NCBI GenBank assembly: GCA_964542895.1 | Contig: CAZIWT010000003.1 | Location: 4,733-68,732 of the forward strand | Length of the DNA stretch: 64,000 nt | Source of the DNA: an uncultured Thermodesulfobacteriota bacterium | GTDB lineage: Bacteria; Desulfobacterota; Zymogenia; Zymogenales; Zymogenaceae | Reading direction: 5' to 3' | In this document: positions 1-8,507 of the stretch, one piece after another | How positions within the stretch are numbered: position 1 is the stretch's first letter | How the letters are laid out: each line of letters opens with the position of its first letter | The notes under the pieces: generated by a model | Told to the model about the DNA's origin: nothing | The model's input: the letters and a program-made list of their open reading frames with translations, nothing else | Databases searched by the model: none | Translations under genes and position numbers: made by a program

Positions 1-236
1 TAGGCCCACCAGATTATTGCAGGGCCGGTTCAAGGGATGAAAGGCCTTCGCCGTAAATAGAAAACGGGGCGGGGAGTTTGAAGGATTTGTAATAAACCTA
101 TGAGGAAGGGAGGGCATCTTTGAAAGCGGGGTGTAGACATTTTCTTAAACAAAAAAACCTCCCCCCGAAAAAAACCGGATGACTTTAAAAAACCAGGGAA
201 TCAGGCCAGATCGAAAATCAACGGGGGATTGCCGTC

Positions 237-1106
237 TTAATCTGGTTTGTCCTCGAGGGCGATTACCTTGTCGCCGACTCCCAGGAAAAAGAGGCTCTCC
301 ATCCCCGGCACCCCTCCGGAGACACCGGAGTTTATCTCCATGAAGGGGATCTTCTCCACGATATTCCCCTTTTTCAGGTTTATCTTGATCAAGAAACCCT
401 CCTTGTTTCCCCCAAGGGCCCCCGTCGTAACGTACATGAAATTCCCGGCGGTCACAAAGGAGTAGAGCCTGCTGGAATATGTAAAGGACTCCATGTTCCA
501 GAGAACGTCCCCCCGCCGGTAGTGGTACGAGGTTATCGAGTAGCCGGCCGGCATCTTGCGCCTTCGGGAGAAGTAATTCTGCGCAATGATAATACCCTCC
601 CCCGCCTGCATAACGTCCCCGACCACCTCCGTGTATTTGATGGCGGGCCTTATCCTCTCGGAGCTGTTCCAGAGAAAATTGTCGTCTGTGTGATCCACCG
701 CCCTGACCCCCTCCCGGTATCTACCGTCTATCATACACCTTTCTATCCTCACCCTGTTTTTAAAGATGTAGACCACCTTTCTGACGAGGGGGGCGGGATC
801 GCCCTTGACCAAAGATCTCCTCTCGGGGTCGAAGACAAGACGGTGGCTTCTTCCGAAGAGGTCTTCAAGAAGTATATAGAGAAGGCCGTCGCGATAGAGG
901 AAGTTCTTTACCCCCCCCTTCTCGGGCAATACGGCCCGCATCGTCCGGCTTACCAGGGGCTCCCTGAAGTAGTAGAAGCCGTATTTCAGATCAAGAGACC
1001 AGATACGGAAATCGGTCGATATAACGTAAACCCTGTCTCCCGAAAGGGCGGGTGCATAGGAGATACGCTCCCCCGACGAAAATTTGAATTTCCAGAGCTC
1101 TTCCAT
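237..1106 (-). CDS. hypothetical protein (possible beta-rich repeat fold)
   Basis: 289-aa ORF starting at ATG, with a GAGGA RBS-like sequence upstream on the minus strand. No recognisable catalytic motif. Coding-like GC3 bias. Confidence 0.5.
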   Translation of the reverse strand: MEELWKFKFSSGERISYAPALSGDRVYVISTDFRIWSLDLKYGFYYFREPLVSRTMRAVLPEKGGVKNFLYRDGLLYILLEDLFGRSHRLVFDPERRSLVKGDPAPLVRKVVYIFKNRVRIERCMIDGRYREGVRAVDHTDDNFLWNSSERIRPAIKYTEVVGDVMQAGEGIIIAQNYFSRRRKMPAGYSITSYHYRRGDVLWNMESFTYSSRLYSFVTAGNFMYVTTGALGGNKEGFLIKINLKKGNIVEKIPFMEINSGVSGGVPGMESLFFLGVGDKVIALEDKPD

Positions 1107-1230
1107 GGTTCAATTCCTCAAGGCCATTGTATTTCCCCATCGGCTCCATGTCAACATAGTTTTATCCACAATCCTTCAAACGCCCTAAATATGGCTTGTA
1201 AAAGCGGTCTTTATAATATAAAATAACATT

Positions 1231-1524
1231 ATGGCTGATTATGATAAAAGACACGAGGAGAAATTCGTAGAGATATATCTCTCGTACAACGACTGCGAGA
1301 CGGACTTGATAGGCTGCCTCCTTAAACAGGAGGGGATACCCTACATCCTGAGGGATCAGAGGATAAGCCCCTACCCGATGACGATAAACCGCTTCGGCGA
1401 GCGCCGCTTTGCGGTTCCGGAGCCGGAAGTCGGGCGGGCAAAGGACCTCATCGCCGATGCGATCGCCGCTGGAGCGATCATGGGAGACGGCAAGTTCAAG
1501 GAGAAAAAAGAGAGAAGAGGTTAG
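1231..1524 (+). CDS. small DUF2007-like protein (putative signal-transducing or regulatory partner)
   Basis: 97-aa ORF. The stop codon lies 4 nt before the TTG start of the downstream Mut7-C gene. Small acidic alpha/beta-looking protein with a K/E-rich tail. Confidence 0.5.
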   Translation: MADYDKRHEEKFVEIYLSYNDCETDLIGCLLKQEGIPYILRDQRISPYPMTINRFGERRFAVPEPEVGRAKDLIADAIAAGAIMGDGKFKEKKERRG

Positions 1525-1528
1525 CGGA

Positions 1529-1975
1529 TTGAAGTTCGCCGCAGACGCCCCTCTGGGGAAGCTCTCAAAATGGCTCAGGATCATCGGGTACGACTGCGTC
1601 TACCCGGCCGTCCTTGAAGACCGGGACCCCGAAGACGAGAGGATATTCTTGACCCGTAGAGCGGGGATCAGGGGAGAGGGAGTGGTCTTTATCGGATACG
1701 ACCACCTAAAAGATCAGATAGACATCCTGAACAGCCTCCTTCCCCTGAAAGAGGAGATCAAGCCGTTCACCCGCTGCACCCTTTGCAACACTCCCCTTGA
1801 GAGTATAGAGAAGGAGAGAGTTTTTACGGATGTCCCGGACCATATCTATATAACCCACGACAGCTTCCAGATCTGCCCGAGCTGTAAAAGAATCTACTGG
1901 CGGGGAACACACCGAGAGAGGATGGAGGGGAGAATCGAGACGCTCATCGGGAAAAATCCTATTACCAAAGGTTGA
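1529..1975 (+). CDS. Mut7-C RNase domain protein (DUF82, PIN-like nuclease with C-terminal zinc ribbon)
   Basis: The N-terminus LKFAADAPLGKLSKWLRIIGYD matches the conserved start of Mut7-C/DUF82 proteins (M-x-F-x-x-D-x-M-LGKLA-RWLR-LGYD). Two C-terminal CxxC pairs (CTLCN ... CPSCK) form the zinc ribbon. The likely start is TTG at 1529, immediately after the upstream stop. The ORF track extends further 5' in an overlapping frame. Confidence 0.6.
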   Translation: MKFAADAPLGKLSKWLRIIGYDCVYPAVLEDRDPEDERIFLTRRAGIRGEGVVFIGYDHLKDQIDILNSLLPLKEEIKPFTRCTLCNTPLESIEKERVFTDVPDHIYITHDSFQICPSCKRIYWRGTHRERMEGRIETLIGKNPITKG

Positions 1976-2101
1976 ATCGGTCATTTATCCCTTTCATCGA
2001 AAGAATATTTATGATATTATTGACAAAAATGGTTATAGATATCGTTATCGCATTTTTATTCAACAGATATCTAACGTCCTTATTTTTAGAGGAGGCTGTA
2101 A

Positions 2102-2455
2102 ATGACAGAGACAACTGACAAGGATCTCTGGGAAGAGATAAAGAAGGGTGCCGCGGAGGGCTTTGAGGTTCTGAAGGAGGAGGTGGGAAAGCTCACAAAG
2201 GAGCTCGAGAAACAGGGAAAGATAGTAAAGAAGAAGATGGATCTCTCCTCCATCCAGAGAAAGGTGCACCAGAGCTTCACGCAGCTCGGCGGCAGGGTCT
2301 ACGAGCTGATCGAGGATGGCAAGGAGGGCACCGTGTTGGACGATGCGGAATTCAAAGACATCGTGGCCAAGATAAAACAGCACAAGAAGGATGTGGAAGC
2401 GATAGAGGCCGAGATAGAAAAGATAAAGAAATCGGGCGAGAAAGCCAAACAGTAG
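2102..2455 (+). CDS. K/E-rich coiled-coil protein (phasin-like), function unknown
   Basis: 117-aa ORF with a GGAGG RBS 8 nt upstream of the ATG. Highly charged heptad-like sequence. Confidence 0.5.
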   Translation: MTETTDKDLWEEIKKGAAEGFEVLKEEVGKLTKELEKQGKIVKKKMDLSSIQRKVHQSFTQLGGRVYELIEDGKEGTVLDDAEFKDIVAKIKQHKKDVEAIEAEIEKIKKSGEKAKQ

Positions 2456-3080
2456 GATCCAAAAACCGCCTCCGGATTTGATTTCTCCAGAGTTTCGACC
2501 GGTTCAGAGATTTGATCGATTGACCGATTGGTCGATGGTCCAATTGACCACCTATTGACCTTTTGCTATTGCTATCGATATTCACTCGCTGTTTGAGCCG
2601 AGGCCCCACATAAATCTATGGATGAACTTGATATGTAAACCCGCATTCCGCCCGCATTAATGTCCAGACGTTGAATTCCACGATCATCTCCCTCAAGACC
2701 AAACGGGCCGAAATATCAATTAACCGGACGTAATTAGACGATTGCTCCTTTGGGATGAAACAGGCGCGAAACGGGCCCCCAATAACAATAGCACAATATG
2801 GTAATAGCGGTTCTACCGTATCACGCCCCCGGTCTTTCTCTCCAACGATCCACACCCTGTCTCTACAGTAAACTCTATCTTCAGCTTCAGCCCTTGTTCT
2901 CATTTCAGTCAGGCCGCCGCCATAAATGTCAAACCGACGACCTGTTAGATGAGAAAATTGGAAAAAAGAAGCGCTTGCCCCTCCATCCACCCCCGTTAAA
3001 TACAAACCGATAGGATGCCATTAAAATACAAGGTGCGGATAACTCCCTGATACGTAATATCTCTTCAGAATTGACGATCT

Positions 3081-4559
3081 CTAAACCGTTTCTTCCCCTT
3101 TTTCAGGCCGGCTTATCTTACTAATCCTGTCGATAATCCTCGAGGCCAACAGCCATAAGACCGTAATACTTCCCACCCAAAGAACGGGGATCAAGGGTAT
3201 GTTGTAGCGGGGGATATTGTGCGTAAAAAGGACGTGCATTGCAAACAGATAATTCGCCAAGAAGAGAAAGGCGAGATACTCCCAGTTTCCCTTTATCAAC
3301 GAATGAACGGTCAGGCCGAAAAAGCAGCCGAACAAGACAAGGCTGATAAGGGGCGACAGATTATTGCCGTATAAACCGGGGTAGGCCTCCATCTCGACGA
3401 ACATCCCCTTCCATGCAATCGGAATACAGGTCAGCAGGTGACGAAACGGATGGGTCATAATTTGTTTAACGGCCGTGGAAGTCAAAACAGCATCCGCCTT
3501 CGCAGTATCATTGAACTTCTCTATCAGCTCCATCCTGAGATCCCTTGCCCTTTTACGGTAGCCGTCCGGATTACTCCTGTACAGGCGGGAAATTTCTTCA
3601 TCGTCGAAGCATCTCTCCTTCCATTTTTGTGCGAATTCGGTGGGCATCCAGAGAAGGAAGTGCGCGAAATATTCCTTACTGTTCATCATAGAGTAATTCG
3701 CCCTCACCATAAGGACACACCCTCCCCGCTCCGCAATAAAGGCCCTGTCGAAATGAGCGTAGTTTCTGAGCATCCACGGTGAGACGACGGCAAAATATGA
3801 AGCCAGAAAAATGACAAGGAGAATACCCCCCTTTTTTAGAGAGACCTTTTTCTTGTAGAGATAAAACATCATAAATACTATCAGGGGGAGCCAGGCGAAC
3901 TGAAACGTCGCCTTCGTCAACGTCAGCATCCCGAGGAGCACTCCCGTAAGGAGATAATATCTTTTCCGCCCGCTCTTGGCCGACAACATCAGTAAGGCGG
4001 ACGCTCCAAGGATGAGGAGCGCGGTAAGGTTTTCCGTCAGGAAATGACGGATATTCAGCAGCAGGGCTGGACTGAATCCGACCCCAAAGAGGGCCGCGAT
4101 CGAGAGAAATCTGCTCTTCGTGATATACAGAACCAGACACATCGAGATCAACGCCGCAAGAAACAATATCGCTATTTCGAGATAGCTCAACGACTTTGAA
4201 GGAACCTGAAATTTGACATCTTCCGAGGCGAAATACTTTTCGGGGAGACTTCGCAAAGAGGGGCTCAGCAGCATCCCCAGGGCAAGGACGGCCGGGTAGC
4301 CCGGCTCCCGATACGATGTAGGCGTGATATCTTCTTGCTCCTCATTATTTATCCATGCCATGGAGAGGGTGCCGTGCGTCTTAAGATTATAGGCCATCAA
4401 GGCTATGCCGACGGCATCCGCCTTTAAGGGTATCGGGGGCTCTGGAATCATCCTGTAGGAATAGATGACAAAAACAAAGATGAAAAAAAGTATGAAGAGG
4501 CAGAAAACCGTATTTACTATTTTTCTTTTATGATTTATTAATTGCTTCCACTTCATCAT
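3081..4559 (-). CDS. integral membrane glycosyltransferase, GT39/ArnT-PMT-like family
   Basis: More than 10 predicted TM helices with periplasmic loops, typical of 4-amino-arabinose or dolichyl-mannosyl transferase-like proteins. The ORF extends to 4622 (GTG). The ATG pair at 4559/4556 gives the classic K/R-rich start (MMKWKQLINHKRK) ahead of TM1, so I chose it as the start. Confidence 0.5.
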   Translation of the reverse strand: MMKWKQLINHKRKIVNTVFCLFILFFIFVFVIYSYRMIPEPPIPLKADAVGIALMAYNLKTHGTLSMAWINNEEQEDITPTSYREPGYPAVLALGMLLSPSLRSLPEKYFASEDVKFQVPSKSLSYLEIAILFLAALISMCLVLYITKSRFLSIAALFGVGFSPALLLNIRHFLTENLTALLILGASALLMLSAKSGRKRYYLLTGVLLGMLTLTKATFQFAWLPLIVFMMFYLYKKKVSLKKGGILLVIFLASYFAVVSPWMLRNYAHFDRAFIAERGGCVLMVRANYSMMNSKEYFAHFLLWMPTEFAQKWKERCFDDEEISRLYRSNPDGYRKRARDLRMELIEKFNDTAKADAVLTSTAVKQIMTHPFRHLLTCIPIAWKGMFVEMEAYPGLYGNNLSPLISLVLFGCFFGLTVHSLIKGNWEYLAFLFLANYLFAMHVLFTHNIPRYNIPLIPVLWVGSITVLWLLASRIIDRISKISRPEKGEETV

Positions 4560-4877
4560 AGCTAAATTCCATAAGCCGTATTTTAGATGATCATACAGGC
4601 ATAAAGGCCGGTCGTCGCCCACGGTGTGAGAGATAGTTTGCTAACATATTATACACTGCATTTCGTCAAGTCTATTGAGCAACTCTTTGAGATGAACACC
4701 TACCTGTTTCCACAAAGCGAGAGCACGACCGATACTGTGGATGACGGTAAGACAATCAGAACAGAGCACGATTCAAGAATTGTTTGTCCAAACTTAATTC
4801 CAAAAGAAAAAAATGAATCTATATACTTAGAGTTTATTCTATCTACAAATAGGATCTCCCCATGAAAAGTAACACCC

Positions 4878-5288
4878 CTACCCCAGGCTCTTGACCACGT
4901 CCTCCCTCGATATCATCCCAAGAAGCTCCATGTCGCTGTCGACGACCGGAAAGCTCCTGAGCTTTGTCTCGACCATCAACTCCAGGACCCTGGTAAGAGG
5001 GGTTTCGGGGAAAACGGTAAGGGGCGCCGCGTTCATAACGGCCTTAACGGTGTCGTCCAGGAGACCGTCGTAGTTGGGTATCATCGATTTTGGAGTTATT
5101 ATGAAATGCCTCAGAAAATCGAGCTTCGTTACTATCCCCACCAGTTTATCCCCCTCCACCACCGGAAAAGAGTTGTAGTCGTGTCTCTCAAAGAGGGACT
5201 TTAACTCCCTCAGTCCCGTGTTCGGTGTAACGGAGACCACTTCTTCCGTCATCACATCCTTAACGTACATTAAAACGAAGTTCTTCAT
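4878..5288 (-). CDS. CBS domain pair protein
   Basis: 136 aa with two tandem CBS motifs (VMTEEVVSV...; ...MISREDVVKSLG). GGAGGG RBS 6 nt upstream. Confidence 0.8.
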   Translation of the reverse strand: MKNFVLMYVKDVMTEEVVSVTPNTGLRELKSLFERHDYNSFPVVEGDKLVGIVTKLDFLRHFIITPKSMIPNYDGLLDDTVKAVMNAAPLTVFPETPLTRVLELMVETKLRSFPVVDSDMELLGMISREDVVKSLG

Positions 5289-5455
5289 ATAAATCCCTCC
5301 AATAGAGCTGAATCTCGATTGAATATCAAATCGGACATTAATTAAGGTATCTCAATCGAGGTGAAAAATCAACTCTAAAGATGGCCTTCAGTTGACAAAA
5401 ACCTCAATATATGATAAACAAAAAACATTCAGCTTATATTAAAAGGAGTATTGAT

Positions 5456-6307
5456 ATGCCGATAATTGACGCTATAGATCTCTACCAAGATGCAAAGAAG
5501 AGTGGATATGCGGTTGGCGCCTTCGACACGAACGTCGGCAATCCCGACTTCATAATGTCGATAATCGACGCCGCAGAGGAGCTCGACAGCCCCGTCATAA
5601 TCCAGGGGGGGGCCAAACCGCTTTCCGAGCTCTACGACATCAGGGCCTTTGGGCGTGCCATAGTCTCGCTGGCCCAGGACAGGGAAGCCCGGGTCATACT
5701 GCATCTAAACCAAGTCACCGATCTCGACCAGATAAGGGCCGCACTGGACTGCGGCTTTAATTCCGTAATGATAAGCACGGGCCACATGTCCCTGAAAGAA
5801 AACATCGAATTCACGAAAAAGGCGGTCAAGATCGCGGAGGTCTATAACGCCGCCGTCGAGGGAAAACTGGGGAAGCTCGGAGGACGGGAGGACGCAAAAG
5901 AGACAACCCAATCGAGGACGGATCCCAAAGAGGCGGTAAAATTCGTCAAGGAGACGGGAATCGACATCCTCGCCCCCTCCATCGGCACCGTCTACGGCAT
6001 CCACCACGAAAAACCCAAGCTCGATCTGAATCTTCTATCCAAGCTTCAATCGGGCCTGGATATAGGGATGGCCATTCACGGGGCCTCCGGCCTGACGACC
6101 AGAAACTATAGGGACCTTATCGAGAGGGGCGCCGTCAAGATCAACATATCGACCGCCATGAGAACGGCGTATATAAAAAACATCAAGGAAGCCCTAAAAA
6201 AGGCCCCCGAAACCACCCTCCCTTATGAGATCACGGCCAAGGCAAGGGATGAGATAAAGAAGATCGTCATTGAGCTAATGCGCCTCTTTAAGGGTCAGTG
6301 GGACTGA
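5456..6307 (+). CDS. class II fructose/ketose-bisphosphate aldolase family protein
   Basis: The N-terminus MPIIDAIDLYQDAKKSGYAVGAFDTNV matches the class II aldolase family (FBA/tagatose-bisphosphate aldolase), as do HLNQ and the GxHG metal-binding region. AAGGAG RBS 7 nt before the ATG at 5456. The ORF track starts earlier, at 5411. Confidence 0.75.
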   Translation: MPIIDAIDLYQDAKKSGYAVGAFDTNVGNPDFIMSIIDAAEELDSPVIIQGGAKPLSELYDIRAFGRAIVSLAQDREARVILHLNQVTDLDQIRAALDCGFNSVMISTGHMSLKENIEFTKKAVKIAEVYNAAVEGKLGKLGGREDAKETTQSRTDPKEAVKFVKETGIDILAPSIGTVYGIHHEKPKLDLNLLSKLQSGLDIGMAIHGASGLTTRNYRDLIERGAVKINISTAMRTAYIKNIKEALKKAPETTLPYEITAKARDEIKKIVIELMRLFKGQWD

Positions 6308-6632
6308 TTATGTGAAATAGAAGGACCAGGCCCAACCTAAAAAAACACCGCTTCCAAGAGCAAGGGGAGAGTTTTATTAACCGCGGCAACCGGGACTAAA
6401 AGACCCACCACAAAAACACAAAAATATACAGCTTGATATGAGCAAGCGTGGATGCCTGAAAAACCCGGAAGCACCGGCCCTTGTACGGAAAACTCGATCC
6501 CACTTCTTGGTGATTGTCTTTACCCCCTCCTGACCGGTGGGGCTTGAATCTTCATTTAGTTCGCCCGGATTATCACGGGTTCCCGACTTTTCACACCATA
6601 TAGTCCCCAACTTTTTGCTTTCCACTTTTTTC

Positions 6633-6661
6633 TTGACAACTTTATCCGGTTTATATATAAG
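6633..6661 (+). promoter_or_regulatory. sigma70-like promoter (TTGACA-N17-TATAAG) upstream of the 6778 gene
   Basis: TTGACA at 6633-6638, a 17-nt spacer, and TATAAG at 6656-6661, read directly from the sequence. Confidence 0.4.
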
Positions 6662-6777
6662 GGAGTAGTTAGCCGTGCCTAATATTATTATTTGAATCAA
6701 ATATTTAGGTCTAAAGCCGAAAGGGATTGCAAATACGGCGGTTAAAAAGGATTGTATAAAATCAATGGAGGCACAAA

Positions 6778-7494
6778 GTGGGGCAAAAGAAAGAGACGGT
6801 ATCACCTAAAACAGTGCTGATGTTCAACATTTTTATCGCCCTCATTCAGAAAAAGATCTTGAGGGAGCGCTACGGGAAAGAGAAGACGGACGCGTGGCTC
6901 AAGAAGTCCCGGGGGATCTTCAAATCGCTATACAAGAAGATGCCGGACATCGGCGGCAGGGACAATATGCTTTACAAAAACCTTGTAATGTCCACCTTCC
7001 TGATGCCGATGGCCCTCGTCATGAAGAAAGAGGGTCTTCCGACGAGGGAGATAGGCGAGCATATCTTCAACGTCGCGGAGAGGTCCAACGAGCTCTTTCT
7101 TCCGCTGATGAAGAGGATGTCCTACACCGATAAAAGCCAGGTCGAGAAGATGAGACTTGCGGCAAAGAGGTCACTCGACCGGAAATACCCGGGCGACTGG
7201 GTCTTCGAGTTCGTCGAGGGGGGAGACAAATATCTCTATGGCTACGACATTAGGGAGTGCGCGATCCACAAGTTCTGGCGTGACCAGGGCCTGGAAGATC
7301 TGGTCCCCTACCTGTGCCTGACCGACTGGGCGAAGTGGAAGACCATGGGGGTAAGCGTCGACAGGACAAAGACGGTCGCCAACGGCGGCGACCTCTGCGA
7401 CTTCAGGTACTTGAGGGAGAAGGTGGAGTGTCCCTCCGGGTGGCCGCCGGAGTCGAACATCGAGTGGACGGGGAAGTTCGAGCGGGGGAGATAG
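6778..7494 (+). CDS. L-2-amino-thiazoline-4-carboxylic acid (ATC) hydrolase-like family protein
   Basis: 238 aa. The central CLTDWAKW region and overall composition resemble the PF14196 ATC-hydrolase family. A sigma70-like promoter (TTGACA-17-TATAAG) lies about 120 nt upstream. Confidence 0.4.
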   Translation: MGQKKETVSPKTVLMFNIFIALIQKKILRERYGKEKTDAWLKKSRGIFKSLYKKMPDIGGRDNMLYKNLVMSTFLMPMALVMKKEGLPTREIGEHIFNVAERSNELFLPLMKRMSYTDKSQVEKMRLAAKRSLDRKYPGDWVFEFVEGGDKYLYGYDIRECAIHKFWRDQGLEDLVPYLCLTDWAKWKTMGVSVDRTKTVANGGDLCDFRYLREKVECPSGWPPESNIEWTGKFERGR

Positions 7495-7924
7495 GGGGAA
7501 TAAAAGATGGAACTGAAGGGGGATTCGTATCCGATACAATAAGCCTTTAGGAATTTTTTACTTGTATATAAAGGGTGCGAGTTTTTGGTTTTGTTTGTCG
7601 GCCAACCGCTCCCCATCAATCGGGTACCTAAAACAATCTCCCGATCCCCCTAATTAACAAAAGTCGAACGGCGAACCCGCCCGAGGCCCTCAAGGGGCCT
7701 TGTCAACCAATTCTCACCCGAGCACAAATGACCGCCCGCTCTTATTATTACAGACATGGCGGCTGCAAAAAGAGCGGGCTTATAGCATCTTCGGCCCCTT
7801 GAAGGCGTAAAGGGGAAAAAGCAAAATCAGGCGCCCATCTAATTGGCCCCCTGCCCTCCTTAAAAGCGCTATACCACCTTAAAGCATATCAAAGATTAGA
7901 GACTACCAAGCCGAAAAAAGGTGA

Positions 7925-8395
7925 CTATTCCGGCTCATTCACCGTAACGTTAAAGAGCTTCCTCGACACGTTGCCGTTAACATCCTCGATATATATCTCC
8001 GTCCTGTGTTTTCCCGCGGGGAACTCCGCCTCGGGAACGTCCAGCTTCGTCCCCTTAATATAGCTTTTAACCCTCGACGTGATGTTTATCGTAACGACCT
8101 TGAGGTAGTTTACCTTGAGGGTCTTCATGTTTACGTCGGCGCCGTCAGGCTTCTTCACAATCTCCACGTAGAGCCTGAAAGGGCCGGTCAAAACGGAGCC
8201 GTTCTTGGGGCTGTTGATCTTTATCGTCGGGCCGTTATCGACCTCCTCCACGACCGCCCGGGTGACGCCCATACTCGCCTCTTCCGGGGTCACGAGGAGC
8301 ACCACATCTCCCCCGGTCACTGCGGTGGGAGCGATCAGAAAGATAATAATAGCAAAAAACATCAGTGACCTTGAAAACAGGCTTTTTACCTTCAT
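7925..8395 (-). CDS. small secreted protein (signal peptide), unknown function; downstream partner of TPR-CHAT
   Basis: 156 aa with an N-terminal signal peptide (MKVKSLFSRSLMFFAIIIFLIAPTAVTG). GGGGG RBS. It has its own near-consensus promoter in the 112-bp gap that follows the CHAT gene. Confidence 0.6.
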   Translation of the reverse strand: MKVKSLFSRSLMFFAIIIFLIAPTAVTGGDVVLLVTPEEASMGVTRAVVEEVDNGPTIKINSPKNGSVLTGPFRLYVEIVKKPDGADVNMKTLKVNYLKVVTINITSRVKSYIKGTKLDVPEAEFPAGKHRTEIYIEDVNGNVSRKLFNVTVNEPE

Positions 8396-8433
8396 CTTTT
8401 TACCCCCTTCAAAAAAATAGTTGACTTTTTCCT

Positions 8434-8461
8434 ATTTTACCTTATATGCGGTGAAAGTCAA
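8434..8461 (-). promoter_or_regulatory. near-consensus sigma70 promoter (TTGACT-N16-TAAAAT) for the small secreted gene at 7925-8395
   Basis: On the minus strand: TTGACT (plus-strand coordinates 8456-8461), a 16-nt spacer, and TAAAAT (8434-8439). The start codon lies about 35 nt downstream of the predicted TSS. Confidence 0.5.
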
Positions 8462-8507
8462 TATTTCGTTTGCTTAAAAAACCTGACGGCATTGCCGTTT
8501 CGATAGA

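Noticed and set aside
522-1226. 234-aa plus-strand ORF
   Set aside because: It lies entirely antisense to the better-supported 237-1106 gene, has no RBS, and its translation has an arginine/proline-rich antisense-GC character.
6377-6805. 142-aa minus-strand ORF in the FBA / ATC-hydrolase intergenic region
   Set aside because: No RBS, Cys/Phe-rich low-complexity translation, and it overlaps the predicted promoter of the 6778 gene. Treated as non-coding.
7495-7924. Possible riboswitch or tRNA in the 430-bp convergent intergenic region
   Set aside because: Only generic hairpins are present (AGGCCC-TCAAG-GGGCCT; GCCCGCTCTT ... AAGAGCGGGC). There is no tRNA-like T-arm (GGTTCGAATCC-type) or other recognisable conserved RNA core. 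Probably terminator or spacer sequence.
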